This document shows, piece after piece, positions 37,851 to 47,865 of a stretch of DNA of 64,000 bases (its first letter is position 1; every line of letters begins with the position of its first letter). Location: IMG/VR virus record IMGVR_UViG_3300044878_000136, positions 61,232-125,231 of that record; one strand, given 5' to 3'. The notes below the pieces were generated by a model. It saw nothing but the letters and a program-made list of their open reading frames with translations. It made no database searches and was not told the DNA's origin. The stretch is from a virus. Its lineage: Duplodnaviria; Heunggongvirae; Uroviricota; Caudoviricetes. Made by a program: the position numbers and the translations under genes.

Positions 37851-38228
37851 TCAGTGTCTGGTTTGTTTCATGTAGTTCAGCAGCAGATCGAGCTCACCCC
37901 GCCCGCCATTATAACGCACCATGTCGCCAGCCAAGAACGGATATTCTTCAGCAGGCAATGCCACGACGATACCTGAGATGAAGTGACCGACATCGGCCCG
38001 CTCAGCTTCGGTGAAGTCGCCCAATAGGGCTAGGTGGACAAAGTCACTGGTGTTGACCGGATCATTCATCTGGAAGATCTTGCCGAAGCAGGTACCTACC
38101 TTGATCTCATGACCCTCGATAGTGCCCGAGAGCTGCATACCCTCGAACGCTTTGACCCCATCGTACAACGCTTGCGCATCGCCGATGTGGATCTTCTTTC
38201 TTTTACTCAGAGCAATAATGTACAGCAT
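37851..38228 (-). CDS. Hypothetical protein
   Basis: SD gaggag upstream of the ATG at 38228. Confidence 0.6.
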   Translation of the reverse strand: MLYIIALSKRKKIHIGDAQALYDGVKAFEGMQLSGTIEGHEIKVGTCFGKIFQMNDPVNTSDFVHLALLGDFTEAERADVGHFISGIVVALPAEEYPFLAGDMVRYNGGRGELDLLLNYMKQTRH

Positions 38229-38280
38229 TTTCGACTCCTCAGTCATAAGGCTGGTGGGAGTAACCCCACCAGCGAGCTTA

Positions 38281-38493
38281 CTATCCGCAAGTATGACCCG
38301 ATGATGCTGGGTCAGGGTAACTCATCACACCAGCATCGAGCGCTTGCTCGTAGCTGATACAACTTGGTTCCTGGGTATGGTCCTCGTAGATCACGCTGAC
38401 AAGAATGCCAACGCTGAGAACAGCACCTAGGACCCAGAGAAGAGCATTGCTCTCCGCCACCACGACATCCTGCTCGCGAGTACGCTGCTTCAT
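38281..38493 (-). CDS. Small single-TM protein (70 aa)
   Basis: LLWVLGAVLSVGILVSVI; TAATG overlap with the upstream gene. Confidence 0.55.
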   Translation of the reverse strand: MKQRTREQDVVVAESNALLWVLGAVLSVGILVSVIYEDHTQEPSCISYEQALDAGVMSYPDPASSGHTCG

Positions 38494-38678
38494 TAGAACA
38501 TCCTCGTCACAACCAGGTACCCGAGGGTGCACATAGTGGAGACGAAGATAACCATTGGGCAGATCTTCTTGGCCAGTTGTTCACGACGGTACGCACGACG
38601 ACGGCGATTCAGTTTGCCGTAGATGTAGGTGGTGTCGATGTCGAGGTGAGGCATTTGCATTTGATGAATGTTGCGCAT
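38493..38678 (-). CDS. Small basic protein with a C-terminal TM helix
   Basis: RRRRAYRR followed by a hydrophobic C-terminus; SD aaggaag. Confidence 0.55.
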   Translation of the reverse strand: MRNIHQMQMPHLDIDTTYIYGKLNRRRRAYRREQLAKKICPMVIFVSTMCTLGYLVVTRMF

Positions 38679-38716
38679 CTAGTTCTTCCTTAGTAAGTTG
38701 GCGTGCTGATTTAGGC

Positions 38717-39274
38717 TTAGTGTTGAATGCCCATTTCTTGTGCCGCATTACGGAATTGGCGAGTGAACGAATCCACTGTGCTTCCTTTGCTACGTTTGCT
38801 ACCCACAGTGTAGTCGATCTTGATCATGGAGAATTTGTCGAACTTGTATTCCAGCTTCCACTCTTCAGTGACAGCGGTGTTGAAGGTCTTCGCATCGTCC
38901 ATGTTGTCGAACTTGTGGTAGTTCTTGCGCAGCGGATCACGCACCACGTAGAAGCCACCAACCTCACGGATCACGTTACTGTGATCTGGTACCTTGCGCA
39001 TCAGGTGACGAATGCGCGGCAGCATACGGCGATTGAGTAGGAAGGTCAGGGATTCTTCCCGCGCCTCTACCGCCAGCTCAAAGGCCTCGATGCAACCGTA
39101 CTTGGCAGTGCTGAACGATTTGCTCGACCAGTTATCCTGATCGTTAATCACCCATGCGTTCCAACGTTCGGTGACTTCCGAGTAACTCACACCGCAGGGC
39201 GCTGTCAGTACTTTGGAAACGCCACCTTCGGATACAACTACTTTACGGTTGTCGAGCTTGAATACTACTGCCAT
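38717..39274 (-). CDS. AP2-like DNA-binding domain protein, no HNH seen
   Basis: WNAWV....SSKSFSTAKYGCIEAFELAVEAREE matches the AP2 pattern; SD ggagg. Confidence 0.55.
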   Translation of the reverse strand: MAVVFKLDNRKVVVSEGGVSKVLTAPCGVSYSEVTERWNAWVINDQDNWSSKSFSTAKYGCIEAFELAVEAREESLTFLLNRRMLPRIRHLMRKVPDHSNVIREVGGFYVVRDPLRKNYHKFDNMDDAKTFNTAVTEEWKLEYKFDKFSMIKIDYTVGSKRSKGSTVDSFTRQFRNAAQEMGIQH

Positions 39275-39324
39275 GATTTTGTCCTCCACGGACGAACTTT
39301 TCAGTTGATTGGTTGTGTTGCGAG

Positions 39325-39666
39325 TTACAGCTGACCAGCGGTTACCTGTGTTCCGTGGCAGCGCCAGCCCTTACTGATCATGAACTCAGAAGGGTTGAAG
39401 CGACGCACGTCTTCCAGTTCTTTACCGGGGAAGAGTTCGTTGATGAGTTCCTGATCACCGCAGAGGATGCGCAGGTCCTTCTCAAAGTTGACGCGTTCCG
39501 GACGAGTCCAGATGTCGTCGATTTTCCCGTAGACGCGGACGTAATCACGGGAGCCATCCTTAAAGCGGATGGTGCAACTCCCTATGCGTCTATTCAGTTT
39601 GGTGGTCTCGTTCGCCGGTTCCAGCGTGAGCTTCACCCCATTCAATTCCCGTGTTACGGAAGTCAT
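39325..39666 (-). CDS. Hypothetical protein
   Basis: SD gagga upstream of the ATG at 39666. Confidence 0.55.
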   Translation of the reverse strand: MTSVTRELNGVKLTLEPANETTKLNRRIGSCTIRFKDGSRDYVRVYGKIDDIWTRPERVNFEKDLRILCGDQELINELFPGKELEDVRRFNPSEFMISKGWRCHGTQVTAGQL

Positions 39667-39747
39667 AGTCGATTCCTCAGATAGTGAAAGGCTATACACA
39701 CATTACATCAGTACGCTGTGTATATTTTTAATGCCATTGTCAAGTGT

Positions 39748-39777
39748 AGAATGTACGACTCAAGAAAAGTTGAATCG
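39748..39777 (-). promoter_or_regulatory. Putative phage early promoter (TACAT motif)
   Basis: atgtacgactcaagaaaagttgaat, 23/25 identical to 35828-35852. Confidence 0.65.
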
Positions 39778-39807
39778 AAAACATCCTATGACTCAGGTTA
39801 ACTCCAC

Positions 39808-40335
39808 ATGGACACACATATGGACGGCAAACAGCAACTAATCGACATGATTGTGTCGACGAATAGGGAGGTAATCGAAGGCTTCGATGTCGTGCTTGAT
39901 GCAAGTTCGCTGGTGCTGTCCCTTCCAAGGGCGGATGACATCGATGGCATGAACACAGTGGTGATGGCAACCGCTGTGCACGAAAAGGTTGAAAACAACC
40001 AAGTCTTCTATTACAACCGTTTGACGCAAGAGATCTTTGAGGCGAAGCTGGGCAATCCGACCATTTTCATTCCCAAAGAGATCAAGACCCCTGGGCAACT
40101 CACCGCTTATTTTGCCGGCACTTATAATGTCGACATCGATCTCGCCCAAACGCAATCCGTAGTTCGCAATCGTTTTGGGTGGGTGGTTAAGTTTTTTACT
40201 TGGTCTTATATCTGGGCAGGGACGTTTATCTTCGATGCTGAGGATGACCCACTTGATCCAGTCATTACACCTCTGGAAGACATCATCACCAAAACGCGTC
40301 TGGACGGTCTTTACTACCCAGACCCTCCATTGTAG
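39808..40335 (+). CDS. Stalk-family virion protein (single domain + LDGLYYP tail)
   Basis: FYYNRL; ends PLEDIITKTRLDGLYYPDPPL. Confidence 0.7.
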   Translation: MDTHMDGKQQLIDMIVSTNREVIEGFDVVLDASSLVLSLPRADDIDGMNTVVMATAVHEKVENNQVFYYNRLTQEIFEAKLGNPTIFIPKEIKTPGQLTAYFAGTYNVDIDLAQTQSVVRNRFGWVVKFFTWSYIWAGTFIFDAEDDPLDPVITPLEDIITKTRLDGLYYPDPPL

Positions 40336-40345
40336 GTGAGTGCCC

Positions 40346-40831
40346 GTGGACACGACGTACGACTACACCAAACCCGAACTCAGTCTTATGCTGGATCTGC
40401 TCCGGCGTTCGAATGGGAACTTCCCTATCGCTCCTGATGAGCTGTCGTGGAGCGCACCAACCGTAGTGAACCCTCTGGACCATGACGGACGTGAGACGCA
40501 GATTACGGCGACCATCGTCAACAGTGACCGTTATAGAGGAAATGCGACCTACTTCTATCAGCGTGTACCGCTGCGGCAGTTGATCCCACAATGCGGTATG
40601 ATTCCACGAGTCATGATCGGGAAGCGTCCGAGTCTCTTTGAGAATCTGACGTACCTCAACAGTGCCTTGGGTATCAATCTCGAGCAAGTGTCGGTAGAAG
40701 ATGCCAACCTCAACCTCGAGTCGGTAAACGCAACAACTTGGACCCTGGTTCGGATCTATGCAAAGGCTACCTCTCGGGTCTATTCAGAGTCTGTGCGACT
40801 CTATCTTAAACGGGACAATAACCTCGTTTAA
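40346..40831 (+). CDS. Stalk-family virion protein (GTG start)
   Basis: YRGNATYFYQRVPL; SD aggtgag. Confidence 0.7.
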   Translation: MDTTYDYTKPELSLMLDLLRRSNGNFPIAPDELSWSAPTVVNPLDHDGRETQITATIVNSDRYRGNATYFYQRVPLRQLIPQCGMIPRVMIGKRPSLFENLTYLNSALGINLEQVSVEDANLNLESVNATTWTLVRIYAKATSRVYSESVRLYLKRDNNLV

Positions 40832-40872
40832 GCTCGATCCTATGTAGAACACCCTCACTACTGAAGGAAGGA

Positions 40873-41433
40873 ATGATGGCTAAGCACATCAGTGATTTCA
40901 GCAAGTTGCCGCAGGAGATCGTTTTCGATCTCATCAACGAGCAGAACGGCACGGCATTCAACAACACCCTGGTGGAGCTGGGCCTGCCGACAGTAACCAC
41001 CACCGCCGGTGCCACTTACAACACCGACATGACCGTCACCGCGATCGAAGGATCCGGTTACAGCGGTCAGGTCATCCTCGGCTATAACCGTCTGGACGTT
41101 CAGGGTTTCCTGTTCGGCGAGACTCTCGTGTTGCCAATCGGTAACGCTGAGAACTTCTCCGACCTGATGGCCGAGATCAACCTCAAGCTGCGGACCAACA
41201 TCACCGCTGACGACTACATCGATGGCAACATCGTAGCGACGTCTGGCGAGTGGGAAGGTCTGCCGAACGAAACCAAGCTGATCACCATCCAGATGAACCC
41301 GGACAGCCCGGTCTTCATCGGTTCGTTGACGCTTACCCTGCACGCTGAGGACATCCCTCTGGGTCAGGTCATCACTCTGCCAGTGATGGACGGTCTGAAC
41401 TACCCACCACCTCCGGCGCCACCAGCGCCGTAA
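40873..41433 (+). CDS. Stalk-family virion protein (single domain + MDGLNYP tail)
   Basis: DLINEQNG, GYNRLDV, PVFIGSLT. Confidence 0.75.
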   Translation: MMAKHISDFSKLPQEIVFDLINEQNGTAFNNTLVELGLPTVTTTAGATYNTDMTVTAIEGSGYSGQVILGYNRLDVQGFLFGETLVLPIGNAENFSDLMAEINLKLRTNITADDYIDGNIVATSGEWEGLPNETKLITIQMNPDSPVFIGSLTLTLHAEDIPLGQVITLPVMDGLNYPPPPAPPAP

Positions 41434-41451
41434 GTGCAAGACGACGGACTG

Positions 41452-41512
41452 GACGCATAGCGACCGAGACTAACCCTCTCTTCGCTATGCGTCATCGTGG
41501 TTTATTTTTTTG
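41452..41512 (+). terminator. Terminator inside the array
   Basis: 12-bp stem gacgcatagcga/tcgctatgcgtc, then ggtttatttttt. Confidence 0.7.
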
Positions 41513-41532
41513 TTCATGTAAGGAGCGATCCC

Positions 41533-42423
41533 ATGATCCTGGTCCCAGGTCCTGGCAGAGATATCCTCGCTCAAGCGATTTCGGCGTCTCCCCAGTTGCC
41601 GGTACCACTTGAGCCAGCGCACATTAAGCTCACACCTCCAGTTTTTGTAGGTATGGCCAGCCCCACCCACACACGCGTGAAGGCCGTTCCTAGTCCCCTC
41701 TCCCCTTATCAAGGCGCCGTGACTGTCAACTATGACCGTCTGGACCTCAACAAGGCGTTTGGGACCGTTGTACCGCATTACGAGGGCGTCAGTACCGGTA
41801 CGCTCTATTCGATCCTCCCAGCGCTCTCTCAGCACCTCGGGATGATGCTCAGCACTGACGACTTCCTCGACGCTGACTACAGCTGGCTCGACCTCGACGA
41901 ATCCACCAACCTCAAGCTGGAAGCCAAGCCTACCAGTATTGCCTACCGTGGATTCTTCATCGTCAGCTTTACCCGTCGTCGCATCATGCTGGAAAACGTG
42001 GTCAAGAAGCAGAACCTGTACGCTCTGCTCGATGTCGGTCGCACCTACCGCGCGCCACCGAAGCCAGGTCCAGGCGTTCCTCCATTCACCGTGAAAGATT
42101 CGGTGAACATGGCGACCTACGGCACTGACTTTACGCCGTACCGTGAGATCATCCGTGTACATCCGTACTACTCGATGCTATTCAATGACTCGGGTCGTGT
42201 GGCGCAGCTGATGCAGGAGCTGTTCGGCTTCCCGAACTGGTGGGGCGGTTGGAACCACACGGTCACGCAATACAAGACGTCAGATCGTCCAGAAGCCCGT
42301 CAGGACTTCGACTTCGTGATCATCCAACAGGTGACCGATCCGTACTACCCGTACTACCGTCAGCAAGAAGGTACTGCGTACTTCCACTTTAACGAAACCG
42401 AAATCATCGTTGATAAGGTTTGA
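41533..42423 (+). CDS. Stalk-family two-domain virion protein
   Basis: VNYDRLDL; ends YFHFN; ATG at 41533 follows aggag. Confidence 0.7.
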   Translation: MILVPGPGRDILAQAISASPQLPVPLEPAHIKLTPPVFVGMASPTHTRVKAVPSPLSPYQGAVTVNYDRLDLNKAFGTVVPHYEGVSTGTLYSILPALSQHLGMMLSTDDFLDADYSWLDLDESTNLKLEAKPTSIAYRGFFIVSFTRRRIMLENVVKKQNLYALLDVGRTYRAPPKPGPGVPPFTVKDSVNMATYGTDFTPYREIIRVHPYYSMLFNDSGRVAQLMQELFGFPNWWGGWNHTVTQYKTSDRPEARQDFDFVIIQQVTDPYYPYYRQQEGTAYFHFNETEIIVDKV

Positions 42424-42431
42424 GGTAGATC

Positions 42432-43316
42432 ATGGCTATCTATAAGGAACCGCTTCCCCAGATCGTCGAGTCCATTAACCGACTCAACGGTCTGAACATC
42501 GTCGTTGATCAATACATCTTCGGTGTGCCGGAAGCTATCGATCCACTGGCACTCCCAGAAGACTTGTCTCTTGCCCAGTTGGCGATTGACGAGAAAGTCA
42601 ACACGTCGATGCTGATCTCGGCCAAGGACCAGTACTCGCTGTACCAGGGCGAAGTTACCGTCTACTACCACCGGATGGACTTGTCCGAGCTGGCTCGTCA
42701 GACGCCTCTGCTGGCAGACGTGATCGAAGTGAACACCACGATGGACGTGGTAGCAGCCCTGAACAAGAAGTACGGGTTGATCCTCACCTCCGATGACATC
42801 CAGCCTCGTGACCTGACTACCGAGGAGAAAGACCTCGACAACCCAATCAATGTTCTGCTCGAAGCGATGCCGAACAGTGTGGGTTGGGTTGGTAGTGTAT
42901 CGGTCGGCATGCGTCGTGGTGGCTACAAGCTTGGCGATTTCCTGACCGACATCACTGTCAGTGCGTTCAACTACCCGGCTACTTATTCCAGCAAGCCATT
43001 CGCTGCTGTGTATTCGTACTGGCGTGACTTCTCTACCCAGTACAGTCAGCTGATCACCGTGCAACCGGGTGTGGATCAGATTGAAGCCGTGCGTCAGGCG
43101 CTGTCAGCGATTACAGGCAACGCATGGACTATGACGCCTAACCAGCGTTACTCGATGGCTGGAGCTACTGTGATAGCTGTAGGCGAGTGCGCAGACCACC
43201 CGGATGATTACAACATCCAGTACGATCGCTTCGTTCGTGTGACGCTCGACCCAGTGAAGTGCTTGGGTTACATCGGCGATCTGTACTTCCACTTCAACGC
43301 ACCGTTGGAGCCGTAA
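42432..43316 (+). CDS. Stalk-family two-domain virion protein
   Basis: VYYHRMDL; ends LYFHFN. Confidence 0.75.
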   Translation: MAIYKEPLPQIVESINRLNGLNIVVDQYIFGVPEAIDPLALPEDLSLAQLAIDEKVNTSMLISAKDQYSLYQGEVTVYYHRMDLSELARQTPLLADVIEVNTTMDVVAALNKKYGLILTSDDIQPRDLTTEEKDLDNPINVLLEAMPNSVGWVGSVSVGMRRGGYKLGDFLTDITVSAFNYPATYSSKPFAAVYSYWRDFSTQYSQLITVQPGVDQIEAVRQALSAITGNAWTMTPNQRYSMAGATVIAVGECADHPDDYNIQYDRFVRVTLDPVKCLGYIGDLYFHFNAPLEP

Positions 43317-43319
43317 GCC

Positions 43320-44117
43320 ATGACAGATCCAGTAGTCAAGGAGTTCCTCAAAGGGGGGACTGACCTACTCCACCAAGTGTTGAACGAGAACTGGCTTCCG
43401 CCAAAGACGTTCAGCAACGTAACCCTACGGTACTTCGATCTCGAAGCGGTGGACGAGTTCGACCGTAACACCAAGGTCACCGTGGAAGGTATCCCGAGTA
43501 AGGGCTACTGGGGTGACGTGGTTCAGTACTACAACCGTCTGGATATCGGCACCATGTATCCGACGTTGGAATGGCAGACGCCTCTCCCGATTAACCGTGA
43601 GAACGTCCATCCGTACTTGGTGGCGTCAACGGGTCTCAACCTTACGATTGAAGACCTGGCGGAGTTCGATGAACTGCCTCTTGATGACGGGGCTGAAATC
43701 ACCATCAACATCGAGATGGCTGCGACCTCCCTCCAGTGGATCGGGCAGGTTCTGGTCACCATTCGTCAAGGTCCATCGTGGCTCGACCTGATGTTCCGCA
43801 AGAAAGAGCTGGACGTCTTGCGCCATCCGTCCGAGAAGTACGATAAACCGTACGGGCGTATGGTGACGTGGGGTTACGACTTCGCGTTCCACTACGACGA
43901 CCTCAAGCCTGGTAAGACCGGGTACATGACCAGTTACAACAACCTGGTGAAGACCACGAACCAGTTGGGCTTCCCGCCGTTTGCCAACGGTCGTGTTCAG
44001 GATATTCCGACAGCGCAGTTGGTTGATGCCAACCCGGCGTTCGAACGCTGCTTCGTGATGTTCCTGCCGGGTGGTGAATACACCGGTCCGCTCTACTTCC
44101 ACTACAACCCATTCTAG
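43320..44117 (+). CDS. Stalk-family two-domain virion protein
   Basis: QYYNRLDI; ends LYFHYN. Confidence 0.75.
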   Translation: MTDPVVKEFLKGGTDLLHQVLNENWLPPKTFSNVTLRYFDLEAVDEFDRNTKVTVEGIPSKGYWGDVVQYYNRLDIGTMYPTLEWQTPLPINRENVHPYLVASTGLNLTIEDLAEFDELPLDDGAEITINIEMAATSLQWIGQVLVTIRQGPSWLDLMFRKKELDVLRHPSEKYDKPYGRMVTWGYDFAFHYDDLKPGKTGYMTSYNNLVKTTNQLGFPPFANGRVQDIPTAQLVDANPAFERCFVMFLPGGEYTGPLYFHYNPF

Positions 44118-44127
44118 GTGAAGATCA

Positions 44128-45069
44128 ATGCCTCTGTACGTTGGTAAAGATATTGACCTGCTTATCGCAGCGATCAACAGCGACAACCCGCAGATGACGT
44201 GGAAGCTTAACGCGACCGACTTCATTTACAGTAAACCGGCGAAGTACCTCATCGCCAACCCATTGGACCACAACACCCAAGTTCGGGTCACGGCCAAAGA
44301 GTCCAGTCCTTACCGAGGTAGCGTGATCCTGACCTACCGCCGTATCGACTTGGCGGTACTGTTCCGTAGCCAGAAACTCGAGCTCAAGAAGTTCGTGCGT
44401 AACGGCGTCTGGATGTACAAGGAAACCTACGTCCCTCTGCTCAACCAGAAGTACGGCTTGAACCTGGATCCTGCCGACGTCTCTGGTGCCGGCGTCTACG
44501 GCGGCTGGACAGCCAGTAACCCTGTCCTGACCATGGGCGACCAGAGCTATCAGTACGTTGGCGCTATCACTCTCTTCTGGTCTCAGGACCTGGAAGAACT
44601 CGGTCTCGACGTCATGACCACTGGCGAGCTGGCGGGTGCGGTATGGCCTAACAACGTAGCGGTGTTCGACCCAGAAGGGACGTACAGCCTACGTAACGAG
44701 TTCCTGCCTCTGTACCGCGACTATACCGAAGAGTCGATCGCTACTGCGTGGCCTACCACCACTACGCAATCGGCGTTTACGTGGAGTGCGGCCATCCCGA
44801 GCTGGGGCTTCAAGACGCTACTGCAAGAGATCAATGACAAGTACGATCTCGGCATGCTCTTCAGCGACTACAACGCCACCACGAACCCGAAAGGCATCTA
44901 CGGCACCTCGATGGGTTACCGCTTCATGCCTATCACACCGGCGAACAAGGTCACGTACCCGTTCATCAACCGTGAGGGTGCGACGCACGTACTCCTGCTC
45001 TGGTTCCCTAGCCATCCGGTGTTCGGCCAGCCTGTCATGGGTTACTTGCCTTTCTACTACAACGTGTAG
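44128..45069 (+). CDS. Stalk-family two-domain virion protein
   Basis: LTYRRIDL; ends FYYN. Confidence 0.75.
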   Translation: MPLYVGKDIDLLIAAINSDNPQMTWKLNATDFIYSKPAKYLIANPLDHNTQVRVTAKESSPYRGSVILTYRRIDLAVLFRSQKLELKKFVRNGVWMYKETYVPLLNQKYGLNLDPADVSGAGVYGGWTASNPVLTMGDQSYQYVGAITLFWSQDLEELGLDVMTTGELAGAVWPNNVAVFDPEGTYSLRNEFLPLYRDYTEESIATAWPTTTTQSAFTWSAAIPSWGFKTLLQEINDKYDLGMLFSDYNATTNPKGIYGTSMGYRFMPITPANKVTYPFINREGATHVLLLWFPSHPVFGQPVMGYLPFYYNV

Positions 45070-45077
45070 AGGTCCCC

Positions 45078-45962
45078 ATGTCTGTATTCATCAACTCCAA
45101 ACAGGCGGTGCTTGATTACATCAACGCCGCTAACTCCGAGACTCGGTTTAACCTGGACAACGTGGCGGTGTCAAGACCGTACGAGGTGGCGAGTAGTCGG
45201 TACACGGCCAAGACTCAGAAGAACACTTGGGCGATCGTGATTCCGGGTGCTACGCCACTGTTCAAGGGTCGGAAGGTTATCTTCTATAACCGTCTGAATC
45301 TGGTGGACTTCGCTCGGTTCCGTCCAGTACGTCAAGTGAAGGCTCCCAAACCTACCACCACCCATGGTCTGTTGGCTGCGATCAAGCATTACTTCGCGAT
45401 CAACCTGTCCGTGGACGACGTGGAAGATGATCCACTGAACCTCGACATCAATGGTGTCGGGACAGTGACGGTGCGGGCTAAGGAAACCTCTCCCTTGTGG
45501 ATTGGTGAACTGACGTTCGACGTGATTCCGGGTGGCTTGCCGCTGGAAGAATATCTGACAGTCATTGCGCCTGATCAGATCAAGTATCCGATCGACAACT
45601 TCAAGACCGGTACGTCGGCTGCGGTAGTGACTTACCCGATCAACGCCACCACTTACCGTGACAGCCTCCTGACTATTGAAGAAGGGACACTGCACGGCGA
45701 TGGGTTGAACACTGTTCTGGCACTGCTGCTGGCTCTGGATACCTCCAGTGACGGTAAGGCGTTGTGGAACGGTAGCGAATCCTCGTTGACATGGTCGCTG
45801 CAAGGCGCTACAGTCTTCTACAACGGACTCAACGAAGCAGCCCTACCAACGAACCCGTCTTTCAAGTACGTCATCGGTATCGAGCTCAGAGGCGATGTCA
45901 CCATCCCGTCTGGTCGCTTCTATATTCACTACACCGACCCCGAAGACACCTCGGCTGCTTAA
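45078..45962 (+). CDS. Stalk-family two-domain virion protein
   Basis: IFYNRLNL; ends GRFYIHYTDPED. Confidence 0.75.
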   Translation: MSVFINSKQAVLDYINAANSETRFNLDNVAVSRPYEVASSRYTAKTQKNTWAIVIPGATPLFKGRKVIFYNRLNLVDFARFRPVRQVKAPKPTTTHGLLAAIKHYFAINLSVDDVEDDPLNLDINGVGTVTVRAKETSPLWIGELTFDVIPGGLPLEEYLTVIAPDQIKYPIDNFKTGTSAAVVTYPINATTYRDSLLTIEEGTLHGDGLNTVLALLLALDTSSDGKALWNGSESSLTWSLQGATVFYNGLNEAALPTNPSFKYVIGIELRGDVTIPSGRFYIHYTDPEDTSAA

Positions 45963-45976
45963 CACAGGACATTGAG

Positions 45977-46909
45977 ATGCCTATCTTTCAAGGTACCGCA
46001 ATTAAGAATGTCTTCGATCTTATCAATCGAGACAACCCTGGCCTCCCGATGGAGGTCAGTGCCAACACGTTCATCGTGGGTGTTCCGGTAGCAATCGCAC
46101 CGGACGCTCAGAAGCGTGACACCCAAGTCCGGCTGGTGCCAAAGAACTCCAGTCTGTATCGGGGTGGTATTACAGTGACGTATCGTCGGATCGATTTGTC
46201 GAAGCTGTTCCGTGAAGTCAAGCCGAGTGTCGAACGTTTCTTGGCTGCCCGTTGGATGGGTATGGCGGAAATGCTCCCGCTACTCAACGCCGTCACTGGG
46301 ATGAACTTCACCCTGACGGACATCGTTGACACCAACACCGTCACACACGGCAACTACGCCCCTAGCCATGACTTCACCATCACCGCCAAGACAGAATCCC
46401 TGATGTATACGGGTACGGCGACGATGAACTGGCGTCAAGGTAAGGAAGAGCTCGGTCTGGACATCATGATGACCAGCACGCTCGGTGGTGAGCTCTGGCC
46501 ATCCTCCTTCGGTAACGACTTCACGGCGTGGGATGATCGACGCGCTTACGGTACGTGGCTGTTCTGGGATCGACACTTCACCGAAGAGGCGCTCGCGGCA
46601 AACCCTGCGCTGAGTCCGGTCTGGACTACCATCTGGACAAACGATCTTGTCAGCTATGGCGGCTTCGCTAAGTTGTACGCCGACGCATTCGTTGCCCAGA
46701 ACCTGGAGATCAACTTCAACGCCTACGATGTCAACACGAATCCGAAGGGCGTTGGTCCGAAACAGTTGTACCTCCGCATCGTCGCACTGCCGGACCCACT
46801 CTACCCGGATGTCAACCGTCTCGGGTTCAGCTTCGCGGCGATGCTCTATCCAACCGACGCTAACCTGTACAACAAGTACGGTCGCGCCATCATGTACTTC
46901 AACAAGTAA
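45977..46909 (+). CDS. Stalk-family two-domain virion protein (paralogue of 44128)
   Basis: VTYRRIDL; start corrected to MPIFQG. Confidence 0.75.
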   Translation: MPIFQGTAIKNVFDLINRDNPGLPMEVSANTFIVGVPVAIAPDAQKRDTQVRLVPKNSSLYRGGITVTYRRIDLSKLFREVKPSVERFLAARWMGMAEMLPLLNAVTGMNFTLTDIVDTNTVTHGNYAPSHDFTITAKTESLMYTGTATMNWRQGKEELGLDIMMTSTLGGELWPSSFGNDFTAWDDRRAYGTWLFWDRHFTEEALAANPALSPVWTTIWTNDLVSYGGFAKLYADAFVAQNLEINFNAYDVNTNPKGVGPKQLYLRIVALPDPLYPDVNRLGFSFAAMLYPTDANLYNKYGRAIMYFNK

Positions 46910-46921
46910 CCGGGAGAAGAC

Positions 46922-47812
46922 ATGAGTATCTTCATCACTCCGAAGCAGAGCATCATGGACTACATCAACGCCGCTAACGGCGTGACGCGGTTCACGACTC
47001 TCAACACCGTCCTCTCCACCCCGCAGCCGGTTGCCGGTACGTGGCGCGAAGGCACTACCACCAAGAACACCTTTGTCAAGGCGACGGCTGCTCCTGGCGC
47101 CGACTTCAAAGGTAAGACGTACCTGGTGTACGATCGTCTACAGCTCGGCGATTTCCGCCACTTCCGTCCGACCCGCACGCTGCCGTGCTATCAGGTGACC
47201 TCGGTCCACCAGATCCTGTCGAACATTCTCTACTACTACGCCATTCGTTTGGGTGTGGATGATGTAGAGGATGATCCGATTGTGCTGGACGGTCAGGGTA
47301 AAGCGACCATCACGGTGCGTGCTAAACCCGGCAGTCTGGTCTGGCTGGGCAGCGTGACGTTCGACATCGTCCCCGGTGGTGCGTTGATCGACACGTACAT
47401 GTCGGCGACCAACCTGAACGGTCTGAACTACCCGGTAGATGACTTCACCACACAGACCTCGGCGTTGATCTACACCTACGGTTACGACTTCAGTCTGTAC
47501 CGCGACCAGTTCCTGCTGATCGATGACGGCGGCGTAATTACTCAGCCACAGGCTCAGTTGATCGCCGATGCGTTGAAAGCATTGGACAAAGGTATCGGTG
47601 CTGCGCTGTGGGTCGGTGTGAACGCCACGGCAACGCTATGGAACCTGTTCGGTGCTACCTGCGTCTACAACGGTCTGAATACCATCGAGTACTCCTCGAA
47701 TCCAGCGTACAAGTACATCATGGTGCTTGAGCTGGCGGGTACGGTCACCAAGCCGAGTGGTCGATTCATCCTCCACTACAACGACCCAGAAGATCCGAAC
47801 GCCATCACTTGA
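46922..47812 (+). CDS. Stalk-family two-domain virion protein (paralogue of 45078)
   Basis: DYINAANG; ends GRFILHYNDPED. Confidence 0.75.
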   Translation: MSIFITPKQSIMDYINAANGVTRFTTLNTVLSTPQPVAGTWREGTTTKNTFVKATAAPGADFKGKTYLVYDRLQLGDFRHFRPTRTLPCYQVTSVHQILSNILYYYAIRLGVDDVEDDPIVLDGQGKATITVRAKPGSLVWLGSVTFDIVPGGALIDTYMSATNLNGLNYPVDDFTTQTSALIYTYGYDFSLYRDQFLLIDDGGVITQPQAQLIADALKALDKGIGAALWVGVNATATLWNLFGATCVYNGLNTIEYSSNPAYKYIMVLELAGTVTKPSGRFILHYNDPEDPNAIT

Positions 47813-47814
47813 CG

Positions 47815-47847
47815 GCATAGATGGAGCTGGATCACACCAGCTCCATC
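47815..47847. terminator. Hairpin (TATGC on minus) inside the array
   Basis: gatggagctgg-atcaca-ccagctccatc; the ORF-track start at 47821 lies inside it. Confidence 0.6.
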
Positions 47848-47865
47848 CTCAACGAGAGACTGATC

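Noticed and set aside
47821-47865. ORF-track N-terminal extension MELDHTSS
   Set aside because: Coincides with a perfect hairpin; the ATG at 47866 aligns with paralogue starts.
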